Shown here one piece after another: positions 16,313-26,031 of a DNA stretch of 49,283 bases (within the stretch, counting starts at the first letter, position 1; every line of letters starts with the position of its first letter). Both the position numbers and the translations under genes were made by a program. The stretch spans positions 1 to 49,283 of the forward strand of contig CAVALL010000001.1 of NCBI GenBank assembly GCA_963589675.1, written 5' to 3'. This DNA is from Alistipes onderdonkii. Lineage in GTDB: Bacteria > Bacillota_I > Bacilli_A > RFN20 > CAG-288. A model generated the notes under the pieces. The model saw nothing but the letters and a program-made list of their open reading frames with translations. It searched no databases and was not told where the DNA came from.

Positions 16313-17854
16313 TTATTCAACTAGTTCTTTGATCTTCTCGGCTAACATCTCTCCTGCTTTCTTGTGTTCGTTGACTAATGGATGTCCATTGGATGTACTC
16401 TTTTCAAATTCTAATGTTGTGACATTGGTGATGCCTTCCTTTAGTAGAGTTGGGTAGACGTAGTTTTCAATGATAGGATAGACGCCAGTCTCCATCAAAC
16501 CACAGCATAGGACAAAGGATACATCTTCACCGTAGTTGGAAATCAGATTCTTAACAAGAGTCACATACTGAGTGACAAATGTCTTACGATCGAACTTTCC
16601 GCTCCAACTATCATTGGTTCCTAAGTTGATGATGACAACATCTGGAATATAGTTATGAAGATTCCATTTCGTATCCGACAATGGTGTCATATATTCGTAT
16701 CTAGTATTCATGTTGTAGTCACCGACAATATTAGCGGCAACAGATAATCCAATACCAGAACGAGCCATGACATTGATATCAGCATCTAGGATTCTAGATG
16801 CAACACATTCATAGGTCATGAGTGTGTTTTGGATGTTGCTGTTTGTGCCATCAGCGGCTGTCTCACTTCTCATGTTTCCGTATCCAGCAGTGATAGAGTC
16901 TCCATATGCTTCTAGTTTCAGTTTCTCTTTCTCTTCAGCTTTGACAAAGTATCCGTCTGTTGATAAGGATGTCATTGTAGCAAAGGTAGCACCGGCTTCC
17001 GTTCTCTTCAGTACCTTGATTGTATGGAAACCTTTGTCTAGATTTTTAGCGAGTGTGTATTCTTTGCTGTCCGTTGATGTGAAAGCGAAACTATTGGAAT
17101 TGTAATCTGTTGCATCATCGATGATGACAGAGAACATAGTAGGTCCATAATAGGAAGCATAGAATCCTTGCATCTCACAGGTTAGATTGGTTCCGTAGAA
17201 TGTAGTTTCAAATCCTGCTGCTTCATTATCCATGGTTACATAGTCGGTGTAGAATTCGTTCCTTCCATGGAACTTTAGGTAGGTGGAGTTACGGTAGAAC
17301 TTTTGTATTCTGTTCTCTTTCTTTGTGATGTGAATCTCTTTGGAATAGGTAACATCATCATAGGTAAGAGAGACAGTTACCCATCCTTCTTTGATTCCGG
17401 TTAGTTTACCTGTCTGATCGATACTAGCAAGACTCTCATCTGAAACGTAGAATGTAGCTTCACTCTTATTCTTTGTCAAAGTGATGCTTTCACCGATAGG
17501 AGTAGACTCATATCCGGAAAAGGAGAAATCGTAGACGATAAGATTTCCGTATGAGCTGTTACCGGATCCATATCTTAGTTCGACCTTTGTCTCTCCTTCT
17601 TTCAGAAGATGAAGGATGATGGAATCATCATCTATCTCTGCTTCTGCAAGAGAGGAATCTTCAAAGAATACCTGTACATTCTTTTCTACTTTATCAATAC
17701 GAATACTTTCATTGACTAAGCCTTTATAGGTGGTCAGTTCTTCTTTCTTTTCACTTTCTTTTTCAGCTGTTGTAGAAGGTTCACTATTTGTTGTGTTTTG
17801 ACATCCTACAAGGAAAAGAGGAAGAATCAGAAAAACTTTTAGTTTACGTTTCAT
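16313..17854 (-). CDS. SGNH/GDSL carbohydrate esterase lipoprotein (CE2-like architecture)
   Basis: Lipobox LVGC. There is an N-terminal Ig-like segment and a beta-sandwich segment (LKFHGRNEF..AAGFETTFYGTNL). SGNH blocks are GDSITAGYG, GTNDS and a C-terminal GHP. Confidence 0.75.
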   Translation of the reverse strand: MKRKLKVFLILPLFLVGCQNTTNSEPSTTAEKESEKKEELTTYKGLVNESIRIDKVEKNVQVFFEDSSLAEAEIDDDSIILHLLKEGETKVELRYGSGNSSYGNLIVYDFSFSGYESTPIGESITLTKNKSEATFYVSDESLASIDQTGKLTGIKEGWVTVSLTYDDVTYSKEIHITKKENRIQKFYRNSTYLKFHGRNEFYTDYVTMDNEAAGFETTFYGTNLTCEMQGFYASYYGPTMFSVIIDDATDYNSNSFAFTSTDSKEYTLAKNLDKGFHTIKVLKRTEAGATFATMTSLSTDGYFVKAEEKEKLKLEAYGDSITAGYGNMRSETAADGTNSNIQNTLMTYECVASRILDADINVMARSGIGLSVAANIVGDYNMNTRYEYMTPLSDTKWNLHNYIPDVVIINLGTNDSWSGKFDRKTFVTQYVTLVKNLISNYGEDVSFVLCCGLMETGVYPIIENYVYPTLLKEGITNVTTLEFEKSTSNGHPLVNEHKKAGEMLAEKIKELVE

Positions 17855-17855
17855 A

Positions 17856-18896
17856 TCATTTCTCCTTTACCTGGTAATCAGTCACTTCAACAACATCATT
17901 CTGAACATAGATACCTAAATAGTCTGAACCTTTCTTCAGGTTCGAAAAACTTCTAGAACCAGAGAAAGTAAGTCCATCATCACCTAAGAAGGTAGCAGTA
18001 AAACCAGTGTTGGTTCTTTCCATCGTCAGTGTGAAACCAGTAGATGGTGAAGTAGTGATATTAGATGGAGCCAAGATATCGTTCCATCCTGCTGATACAC
18101 CATTGATATAACCAGTTATACCGATTTCACGGACGACAGTCTGATAGCCTTCCCAGTTACACCACTGGACATAGGCGAAAAGATAATTGTTGCTATCGAA
18201 ATAGTAAGGAACAAATCCGATATAGGTTTCATCTGTATAAGGGCTAGACTTTGTTCCTTTGAAATGAGCGGACATAGTATAGTTCTTTTCACCGAATGTG
18301 TTTGCTTTGCATACAAATCCACTTTGCCAGGAATAGTTCTCAATCTTGATTCCGTTCTCTGTTTCCGTGACATTGGAGGTAGGACCATTGAGGATAGACC
18401 ACTGATTCTCGTTTACTGGATAGCCATCGAAATCCATCACTTTGTGTGACAAAGTGATTTCATCTTCGGATGATGAAAACTTGATCTGATTATCTTTTTC
18501 ATTCAAAATATGTTCCTGATATTCAGAGTCATCATTGATGAGGACATAGTAATTGTAGGTGATAGTAGAATCGATAGATGCAGTGACATCACCTTCAAAC
18601 TGAAAAGTAGAAATCTTATTGAGTAGTGTTGAGGATGTATAGTTATCCCAACTACCTTTTAGATAGAGTTTGAAATCATCGGATATTATCTGACTGATTT
18701 CAATTACTGCGTGAAAATGATCCCAAGTCTTTGTCTTTTCTTCGCTTTTTGTCAACTTTGAAACAAGAGAGGAGGGGGAATCTCCCTCTCCTCTTTGTTC
18801 CGTATTGTCAGTTGTTGTAGTTTGATTGCAGCTGATGAGCAACGTACTAGCGAAGAGAAAGACTAAGGGAAGTGTCTTTCTCTTGCTGTTACTCAT
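17856..18896 (-). CDS. Surface lipoprotein carrying one copy of the repeated beta-sandwich-like module
   Basis: ORF 17856..18950. ATG 18896 forms an ATGA overlap with the upstream stop and gives MSNSKRKTLPLVFLFASTLLISC (lipobox). Module motifs are YIGFVPYYFDSNNYLFAYVQW and REIGITGYINGVSAGW. Confidence 0.7.
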   Translation of the reverse strand: MSNSKRKTLPLVFLFASTLLISCNQTTTTDNTEQRGEGDSPSSLVSKLTKSEEKTKTWDHFHAVIEISQIISDDFKLYLKGSWDNYTSSTLLNKISTFQFEGDVTASIDSTITYNYYVLINDDSEYQEHILNEKDNQIKFSSSEDEITLSHKVMDFDGYPVNENQWSILNGPTSNVTETENGIKIENYSWQSGFVCKANTFGEKNYTMSAHFKGTKSSPYTDETYIGFVPYYFDSNNYLFAYVQWCNWEGYQTVVREIGITGYINGVSAGWNDILAPSNITTSPSTGFTLTMERTNTGFTATFLGDDGLTFSGSRSFSNLKKGSDYLGIYVQNDVVEVTDYQVKEK

Positions 18897-20764
18897 ACTG
18901 TGACTTTGAAATTGGTTGCGGTGATGGTACCGATAGCGCCATGTCCCCAAAGACCGACCTTGTCACTCTTGAGTGTGCCATCGAATCCATCACGTGTGTA
19001 ATTCCAAGTGATAGTAGTATCACCCTGTGTGACAGTTGTGTTGAAGGTAGCACCATCTCTTTCGACAGTGACATCGAATCCATTCTGAGGATAAATCGGT
19101 GTACCATCGGTCCATTTATCTTCACCCCATTCAGGTTCAATGACTGCACCGTCTTTGTTTCCGATGATATGTAAGCCACGGCTATTCGGTCTATCAGACG
19201 AATAATCAAAGTATAAGACTAAGAAGTTGTTTGCATCCTGATAGTATAGGACGATTCCCCAGATTGCCTGATCGGTGAACGGAGTGCTTCCTGTTGTCTG
19301 TAAATGAGTGGAGATTGTGTACTTTGTAGTATCAGCGATTTCAGGGAACTTCTTGACAGCAAAGCCAGACTTCCAGTTGGCTGTCGGAACGGTATAGGTG
19401 ACTGTTCCATTGTCTTCGGAGACAGTTGCAGAACCGGAAGGAACTTCGAATGCTTCCGGTGCGACATATTTGGCATAGGAGATATTACTGTAGGTGACAG
19501 GCTTCTTATCTTGGTTGAAGATACCTAAAGATTTGGTCTTGCTATCTCCTACTGCGGAAATAGCAGTGCTCTTCTTATATTCTGTTCCGTTATGAGTCAA
19601 AGAGAATGTGAAGTTGGAGCTTTCTCTTCTGATGCTGAAGTCAATACCATCATGTGGATCAACCTGGACGCCTTCCAACCACATGTCGTGCCATCCGACA
19701 TCCTCACCATTGATGAAGCCGGTTAGATTGAATTCACGGCACCATCCAGATTGATCGAAAGAGGCCCACTGGGTGTATCCGATAAGATAGTTGCTGTCAT
19801 CCTGATAGTAGGCGACAAATCCGATTGCTAACTGATCGTAGTCAACCGGTGCGGAAGTCTCAGTCTGGATATGTGCACTGAGAGTATAGGAATCGGTTGC
19901 CTTGATTTCATCGCTGACCTCTTTAACTAAGAGGTTGCTGTTCCAATTGTTGGCATAGACAGTGACGGCATCATCTGCTGTGAAACTGGCATAATGAGGA
20001 TCAGTGGAAGCGTTTGTGAATGCGTAGCCTTTCATATCGACGGTCTTTTCGGTGATGGTGACATGGTTTTCACCAGCGACGGTAGTGAAAGAGTAATATC
20101 CATAGCTTTCAGCTGTGAGGACAGTGTCACCGACTTTAACGCTATCGATGTCATAACCGGATTCAGAAACGACCTTGAAATTGACAAGCTTACCTTCCGT
20201 GAGGTCTGTGACATCACTTGTGAGAGTGGCAGTATAATGACCTTTACTGAATGTGACAGTAGCAGCCTTAATGACATTCTTGATAGTGATTGTCACTTTG
20301 GCTTCTTTGTCTCCAGCCTTAGCTGTGACTTCGACAGAAGTATCTTCCGTTACTTCGTTGGCAGTGAATAAGCCGTTGCCATCAACTGTTCCTTTAAGAG
20401 TGTCGGCACAGGTCCAAGTGACAGTCTTGTCTGTAGCATTTTCCGGAAGGACTTCAGCGATGAGCTGGATGCTTTCTCCTTCATTGACCTCAATTGTTGA
20501 ACCATTTGTGATTTGAATGGACTCTACAGCAATGACCTGTTCCGTCGAGATGCTTTCTTCTGTCTTCTTCGAAGTGTCAGTGACAGGAGCCGTTGTTTCA
20601 CTAGCCTTTGCTGAATCGGTAATTGGAGCTGTGGATTCAGTCTGCTTTGCAGTCTCAGTAGTTGGAGTGGTTTCTGTCGGTTTTGTGGTTTCCGATACTT
20701 TGTTACCACAGGAAGCTAATAACGACAAGGTGATGAGTGTGAAGATCTTCAGATGCTTTTTCAT
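18893..20764 (-). CDS. Surface lipoprotein: Thr/Glu-rich linker, Big_2 domain, two copies of the repeated module
   Basis: Lipobox LASC. Big_2-like segment EGESIQLIAEVLPENATDKTVTWTC. Module motifs are AIGFVAYYQDDSNYLIGYTQW plus REFNLTGFINGEDVGW, and IWGIVLYYQDANNFLVLYFDY. Confidence 0.75.
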   Translation of the reverse strand: MKKHLKIFTLITLSLLASCGNKVSETTKPTETTPTTETAKQTESTAPITDSAKASETTAPVTDTSKKTEESISTEQVIAVESIQITNGSTIEVNEGESIQLIAEVLPENATDKTVTWTCADTLKGTVDGNGLFTANEVTEDTSVEVTAKAGDKEAKVTITIKNVIKAATVTFSKGHYTATLTSDVTDLTEGKLVNFKVVSESGYDIDSVKVGDTVLTAESYGYYSFTTVAGENHVTITEKTVDMKGYAFTNASTDPHYASFTADDAVTVYANNWNSNLLVKEVSDEIKATDSYTLSAHIQTETSAPVDYDQLAIGFVAYYQDDSNYLIGYTQWASFDQSGWCREFNLTGFINGEDVGWHDMWLEGVQVDPHDGIDFSIRRESSNFTFSLTHNGTEYKKSTAISAVGDSKTKSLGIFNQDKKPVTYSNISYAKYVAPEAFEVPSGSATVSEDNGTVTYTVPTANWKSGFAVKKFPEIADTTKYTISTHLQTTGSTPFTDQAIWGIVLYYQDANNFLVLYFDYSSDRPNSRGLHIIGNKDGAVIEPEWGEDKWTDGTPIYPQNGFDVTVERDGATFNTTVTQGDTTITWNYTRDGFDGTLKSDKVGLWGHGAIGTITATNFKVTV

Positions 20765-20797
20765 TGTAAATTCCTCCTTTTTTGAATATGCAATGTT

Positions 20798-23698
20798 TTA
20801 TTTTTCTTTTCTCTTTTTGATGGCAAGACCAGTTCCTACTAAGGCGATGGAACCGATGAGACTGGTTGCGACAGCGATGCTTCCACCACATCCCTTCTTC
20901 GTAGTACCATTGCTTGTGTTATCGTCTGTTGTTTTTTCACTAGTCTTTGTGTCATCGCTAGTCTTTGTATCATCCGGTTTGACATAGCCTTCGCTGACAA
21001 CGATATCGTAATCGATAGGGTCTGCTTCATTGCCCCAGGCATCGGTACAACTGACATTGACATGATAGGTTCCAACCTTCTCAGGTGTGAAGCGATTCTT
21101 TGTGACTGTGACATCATTACCATCTGGATCCGTTACTTTGATGACAGGAGTCAAGAAGTCTCCGGATGAATTCTCAGCAGTGTAGATAGGTAAGGAGATA
21201 GCTGTTCCTACATTTCCGGTCGTCTTTCTTGTTCCGGTTTCAGAGATGACAGGTTTTTCAGAAAAACCGTATACACGTTTATCTGAAACCATTGTGAATT
21301 CTGTGTAAGTAGCAGCAATGCCATTGCCAGACTGGAATCCAGTGAAGGCAAGTTCCATATTTCTGTCGCTGAGACCATCGACAGTTGTTTCAAATATCGG
21401 TGTGAATCCCTTGTTGAGATAGACACTGACCTTGTTACCAACGATGGAGGTTTCAAGGTAATTCTGTTCCATCATGTTGACACCGATGTCTCCGCTTTCT
21501 CTCCATTCACTTCCGATAGTGCGACCATTGAGTCTAGCGGTAACGACAATCTTGCATCCGCTATCGCTCCACTGAGAGAACCAAACGATGACATGGTTGT
21601 CAGCATCCTTATAATAAGGCATCAAACCGACCTTCCATTCGTTACCAGTTCTTTCGTTGACTTGGATACGGGCACCCATATAGAGATCTTTGGTTTCGGT
21701 GTTTTTGTAGAGTGCATTGGTTGCCTTCCAACCATTGTCGATACCATTCATCAACTTGTTGGAGATGACATTGTTTTCCTTATCATAAGACCAGGAATCA
21801 ACTCTCTGTCCGAAGAATGTGAAGTCTTCCACATCGAGTGGATCAAGAGGGCTGAAACCAGTGACTGTGACAGAGGAGACAGCAAAGCTAGCTCCACCGC
21901 CTAAGAATCCGACCTTTGCTTCTTCATGTAAATCAATTGTGACAGCAACATCACTTGCGATAGCTGTTTCATCCAATGTAATAGTCAGTTTGGAATCTTT
22001 GATGATAGAGGAGAGAGTATGACTTGTAACACTATTATCGAAATCACTTTCCAAATCGACTTCGTTCTTAGTGACAGCACCAGAGACGGCATTTTCAATG
22101 ATCAATTTCTTTGTCGCTACATCGACATAGGATTTGACGTAATTGTTGATATCGAATAGACAGGAATAGAGACCAAAGCTGGAATGATCGGTAAGAGAAT
22201 CAAAAGTAGCAGAGATGTTGACGTTTCCGTATTTGCCAGAGGCGTAATAGATAGCGGCATGTTTAGAGGAATCATTCAATGTGATAGCATTATCAGAGAA
22301 CTGATAGGAGCCATCAGCATAGCTGACACTATCATCGGTTCTAGCAGAGACAAAGACTGATTTACCACCCATCTTCTTTTCTAAGAAACTGTATTCAGAA
22401 TAGGATTCCTTGGAAGAAAGGGCACTGACACTTGTCTTAACACCAGAAACTGCAAATCCAAATAATTTGTTCTGGAAGGAGTTGTTACCTTGGACAAAGT
22501 ATGCGTTTGTATAACTGATTAAGACAGTATCATTTCCGTTTGCATATAGTTTAAATGTGCCATCGGACTTAGAAACCTTCAACGAAGTGATACTAGTTAA
22601 GGAAGTGATATCATTAATTTCAACCTTCTCATCAATCTCTTCGAAAGTAAGAGTGGCGGTCATAGATGTCACTCTTCTACCTTTAGCAAAAGCGTATAAT
22701 TTTCCGCTTTCCTTCTTGATACCTACAGCAAGATAGGAATATTCGTTTTCATAATAAGGGACAAGCGATACTGCACCAGTATCACCTTCTTCTGTGATTG
22801 TGAAATCAGCAGAGACATCAAATCCGCCAGCAGCATTGCTATTAGCTAGTAGTGCCATGTTGCTGAAGGGATCAGTAGAACTCTTGCTATCTACGGTATA
22901 GGTGTTATCAGCAAAGGCTAAAGTTCCATTTTCAGATCTTCCAATACCGGTAGATACTTCCTTGAACTGAGAGGATGTCGCATTGCTTTGGAAGGAGAAG
23001 TCTGTGAATGTGACAGTGTCATTGTATCCGTAGACACCGACTTTTGCTTTCATGTTGTCAAACTGGACAGTGTCTCTGATCTCAAGTGATTTGATGATGG
23101 TGTCATTGACATTGACCTGGAAGATATCAGAGTCATTTGTTTCGCTTCTGACTTTGCTGACAGTGATGGTGTTTGTCGTGTTCTCTTTGATAGCCATTCC
23201 ATCCGTCCAGTTATCGTTCCATTCTTTCTGTGTCCAGGAATTTCCGGATTTGACGACAAGAGCTTTCCCACCGATTCTACCAGTGATCTGAATCTCTCTT
23301 AATTCTGTAGGACGGTCACTATTCGACCAGTTCATATAGATGACAATATAGTTATTGCTATCGATATACCACGGAACAATACCGATATCGGTTTCCTGTT
23401 CCATCGGGAAACCTCTTGTTCCGCATGCTGTGACAGAGACAGTATAGTTTCCTAAGGTATCATACTGGTCTGTGATATAGAATCCGGAATTCTTTACGGT
23501 GTTGGAAGTGAGGGTGATTGTTCCATCTTCCATAGAATAGCTTCCACCTGTTGCTGTCCAGGATGTAGAGTCGTTGGCACGTAAGATGGAATTGTTGACT
23601 CTAGTGATTGAGGATGGCTCTTTAGCACTGCTCATCGAGAAAGAGAACAAAGAAGCGAGAAGAAGAATAGAGAGCAACGAGACATTACGTTTTTTCAT
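20798..23698 (-). CDS. Large cell-surface protein: four copies of the repeated module, Ig-like domain, C-terminal anchor-like signal
   Basis: Type I signal peptide (..FSMSSAKE). Module motifs are DIGIVPWYIDSNNYIVIYMNW, VSLVPYYENEYSYLAVG, FGLYSCLFDINNYVKSYVD and VGLMPYYKDADNHVIVWFSQW. Ig-like segment VGTYHVNVSCTDAWGNEA. The tail is KKGCGGS, a hydrophobic helix, then KKRKEK. Confidence 0.75.
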   Translation of the reverse strand: MKKRNVSLLSILLLASLFSFSMSSAKEPSSITRVNNSILRANDSTSWTATGGSYSMEDGTITLTSNTVKNSGFYITDQYDTLGNYTVSVTACGTRGFPMEQETDIGIVPWYIDSNNYIVIYMNWSNSDRPTELREIQITGRIGGKALVVKSGNSWTQKEWNDNWTDGMAIKENTTNTITVSKVRSETNDSDIFQVNVNDTIIKSLEIRDTVQFDNMKAKVGVYGYNDTVTFTDFSFQSNATSSQFKEVSTGIGRSENGTLAFADNTYTVDSKSSTDPFSNMALLANSNAAGGFDVSADFTITEEGDTGAVSLVPYYENEYSYLAVGIKKESGKLYAFAKGRRVTSMTATLTFEEIDEKVEINDITSLTSITSLKVSKSDGTFKLYANGNDTVLISYTNAYFVQGNNSFQNKLFGFAVSGVKTSVSALSSKESYSEYSFLEKKMGGKSVFVSARTDDSVSYADGSYQFSDNAITLNDSSKHAAIYYASGKYGNVNISATFDSLTDHSSFGLYSCLFDINNYVKSYVDVATKKLIIENAVSGAVTKNEVDLESDFDNSVTSHTLSSIIKDSKLTITLDETAIASDVAVTIDLHEEAKVGFLGGGASFAVSSVTVTGFSPLDPLDVEDFTFFGQRVDSWSYDKENNVISNKLMNGIDNGWKATNALYKNTETKDLYMGARIQVNERTGNEWKVGLMPYYKDADNHVIVWFSQWSDSGCKIVVTARLNGRTIGSEWRESGDIGVNMMEQNYLETSIVGNKVSVYLNKGFTPIFETTVDGLSDRNMELAFTGFQSGNGIAATYTEFTMVSDKRVYGFSEKPVISETGTRKTTGNVGTAISLPIYTAENSSGDFLTPVIKVTDPDGNDVTVTKNRFTPEKVGTYHVNVSCTDAWGNEADPIDYDIVVSEGYVKPDDTKTSDDTKTSEKTTDDNTSNGTTKKGCGGSIAVATSLIGSIALVGTGLAIKKRKEK

Positions 23699-26028
23699 TT
23701 TTGAATTCCTCCTATTCCGTAATTTTCAAGTTTTGTTTTCAAAGCGGATAAATCTTCGCTGATTTTGCTTACGTCTTTGATTCCGTATGTCTTTTCCATG
23801 TTGACAATCGGTTCAACATTGGCGATAGAAGACCATGGTAACCAAGTCCCGACGGATTTGAAGTCGAAGTCTGCAATTGTTGTTGCTTCTGGCATCAACG
23901 CCTTATACTTGAATCCCATGCGTCCATCATAGTCATTGGATAACTTTGTATTGTTCTGAATGAAGTAACTAGCGTTGTAGAAGAAGGAGTCTTCTGTTAA
24001 GACATAGAGGTTGAAGAGTTCGTAGTAGATATAGGCTGCATAATTGTCAGCAGAGCTATGACCGGTTGCAATCATGGAGAATCCTTTGACTCCACCATTC
24101 TTGAAAGTGTCGATATTCTCAACGGATGCATTGCAAGGAACCGAGAAATCGTAAGAGTAGACCCAGGAGAGGGAAGAGACTGCTGCATGTTTAGCGGCTA
24201 GTAGATACTTCTCTTCTTTCGTTGCCTGATAGGCGGAAGTGAAGCAATACATAGCATAGACAGCCGCTTCCTTATCGACGGTATTTGGATTATCCGGTGT
24301 TCCACCGACATACTTTCCTAATCCGAGATAGAGTTCGTTATAGCAATATTCAACGGCTTTGATTGCGGAGTTGTAGTAGTTGACATTGTCAGTCAACTCA
24401 TACATCTTGAAGAGGAAGCGGACTGCAATCGGAGTGTTGAGTCTACTCTCGCCTTGGAAAGCGGCATTGCTAGTATCCGTGTTGACACTTCCATCGACAT
24501 TGTATGCGCGGTAGAAGCTACCGTCTTCGTTTTGCTTTTGTACTAAGTGCTGAGCAAATGTCTCAACCATGTTTTTATACTGAGCATTCTCTTCGTTGTA
24601 TTCCTTTGAGATGAGGTAGGCATCTAACATGCCTTCCATTCCATCAATCATACAGCGTAGGAAGCAAGGATAGTTTCTTCTGCTTCCGCCGGAATCGCTA
24701 GGATCCCACCAGACAGTCGGGAAGTAAGTGCTATTGATTCGGTCAGATGACCAGAAGTTGAGGATGGTCTGACCTTTTCTCTTCAATTCAGCATCGTTTT
24801 CAATCAGGCCTTTGCGGTACATCTGATATCCGACAGGGATCTGCTGTCCGACAAATCCCATCTGAGAGGAATAGCCTTGCTTTGCGACGGCATTTGGTAA
24901 GGCTAAAGACCAAGGCTCACCTCCATAGAGAGTCGAACCGGAACCATATTCTTTGTATTCCTTTTCGAATATCTCCATGTTGTCTTCATATATCTGAGAG
25001 ATATCGATATTTTCAACAGATGTATTCTGAGCAGTGAACATCTTCTCGAAGGATTCTGTCATCGATGTCTGGTAAGTTTCTGCTTTCTGAAGAAGACAAG
25101 CAACGGAATAATTGTCTTTATTTCCTTTTTCGACAACATGATATCTCTTTGCCCAAGAGGCACCCGCATCATAAGTGACAGGACCTTCCTGACATGGATA
25201 GCAGAAATCAACGGAGATATCCGGTGTCATTGTCATACCGATGGATCCATATTGGATATCATTATTGACCTCACCGCCTTCACCGCCACCGACTAAGTTA
25301 CCAGCAGAGACATTGTTTGCGATGTGTGCCATTGAGAAAGCAATCTTCTCTTTCTGGTTCCTTAGATACATCATAGGAAGACCAGTTCTAGTCTCCTTGA
25401 CATAGATTCTTCCAGTTAAATCAGTATTGGAGAAGATAGCGCCATTTACCATGTCTTCTGTATCCTTGTAGATGATAGAAGGCATGAAGTAATCATACTG
25501 ATCGTATTTGACAGGATTGGAGTCTTTGAACTTGATGGTTGTCGCATAACCGGCATCCTTATTATCCGCTTTCACTACTTCCACTTCACGATTGATCGTG
25601 ATCAAATCGGAAACATTCTTATAAGTGTCTTTGACAGAGAACAAGGAACCGTTGTCGGTTGTGATCTCACTAGAGAGGATATATCCGTCTGTGGTTTCGG
25701 TCAGTAAATCATATCCTTTGGTATAGATAGATTCTGTGAATGTTTCGATGATTCCACTGGATTTGCTTCTCACAATCAAAGTGATCGGAGTATCTGAATA
25801 GAATGAAGCGGAAGCAGAGTTCAATGAGAAATAGGGATAGATGGAACTCTTATCCTTATTCTGTTTGAAAGCAACATTGTAGGTAGAGCATTCAATTGTC
25901 TTTTCCTGGAAGCTTTCATTGGATGCAGATTCGGTTTCCTTCTTTTCCGTCTCAGTTGTTGTCGAACAGCCAACAACTCCTAATAACGCTGTTAAAGCAC
26001 AGATAGCATTGATTCTTCTTTTTTTCAT
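23695..26028 (-). CDS. Lipoprotein, putative (alpha/alpha)6-toroid glycoside hydrolase or lyase (family not assigned)
   Basis: Lipobox VVGC. The C-terminal half has helix-repeat features typical of (alpha/alpha)6 enzymes (EDGSFYRAYNVDGS, VDKEAAVYAMY, repeated aromatic/Asn-rich helices). ATGA overlap with the downstream gene. Confidence 0.45.
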   Translation of the reverse strand: MKKRRINAICALTALLGVVGCSTTTETEKKETESASNESFQEKTIECSTYNVAFKQNKDKSSIYPYFSLNSASASFYSDTPITLIVRSKSSGIIETFTESIYTKGYDLLTETTDGYILSSEITTDNGSLFSVKDTYKNVSDLITINREVEVVKADNKDAGYATTIKFKDSNPVKYDQYDYFMPSIIYKDTEDMVNGAIFSNTDLTGRIYVKETRTGLPMMYLRNQKEKIAFSMAHIANNVSAGNLVGGGEGGEVNNDIQYGSIGMTMTPDISVDFCYPCQEGPVTYDAGASWAKRYHVVEKGNKDNYSVACLLQKAETYQTSMTESFEKMFTAQNTSVENIDISQIYEDNMEIFEKEYKEYGSGSTLYGGEPWSLALPNAVAKQGYSSQMGFVGQQIPVGYQMYRKGLIENDAELKRKGQTILNFWSSDRINSTYFPTVWWDPSDSGGSRRNYPCFLRCMIDGMEGMLDAYLISKEYNEENAQYKNMVETFAQHLVQKQNEDGSFYRAYNVDGSVNTDTSNAAFQGESRLNTPIAVRFLFKMYELTDNVNYYNSAIKAVEYCYNELYLGLGKYVGGTPDNPNTVDKEAAVYAMYCFTSAYQATKEEKYLLAAKHAAVSSLSWVYSYDFSVPCNASVENIDTFKNGGVKGFSMIATGHSSADNYAAYIYYELFNLYVLTEDSFFYNASYFIQNNTKLSNDYDGRMGFKYKALMPEATTIADFDFKSVGTWLPWSSIANVEPIVNMEKTYGIKDVSKISEDLSALKTKLENYGIGGIQK

Positions 26029-26031
26029 GTT

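Noticed and set aside
16242-16457. 71-aa + ORF crossing the intergenic terminator into the esterase gene.
   Set aside because: It runs through the bidirectional terminator hairpin and then antisense to the SGNH esterase C-terminus, with no SD.
20517-20987. 156-aa + strand ORF spanning the junction of two - strand surface-protein genes.
   Set aside because: It is antisense to well-supported genes. Its hydrophobic-looking translation is the mirror of the Thr/Glu-rich linker and signal-peptide codons, and it has no SD.
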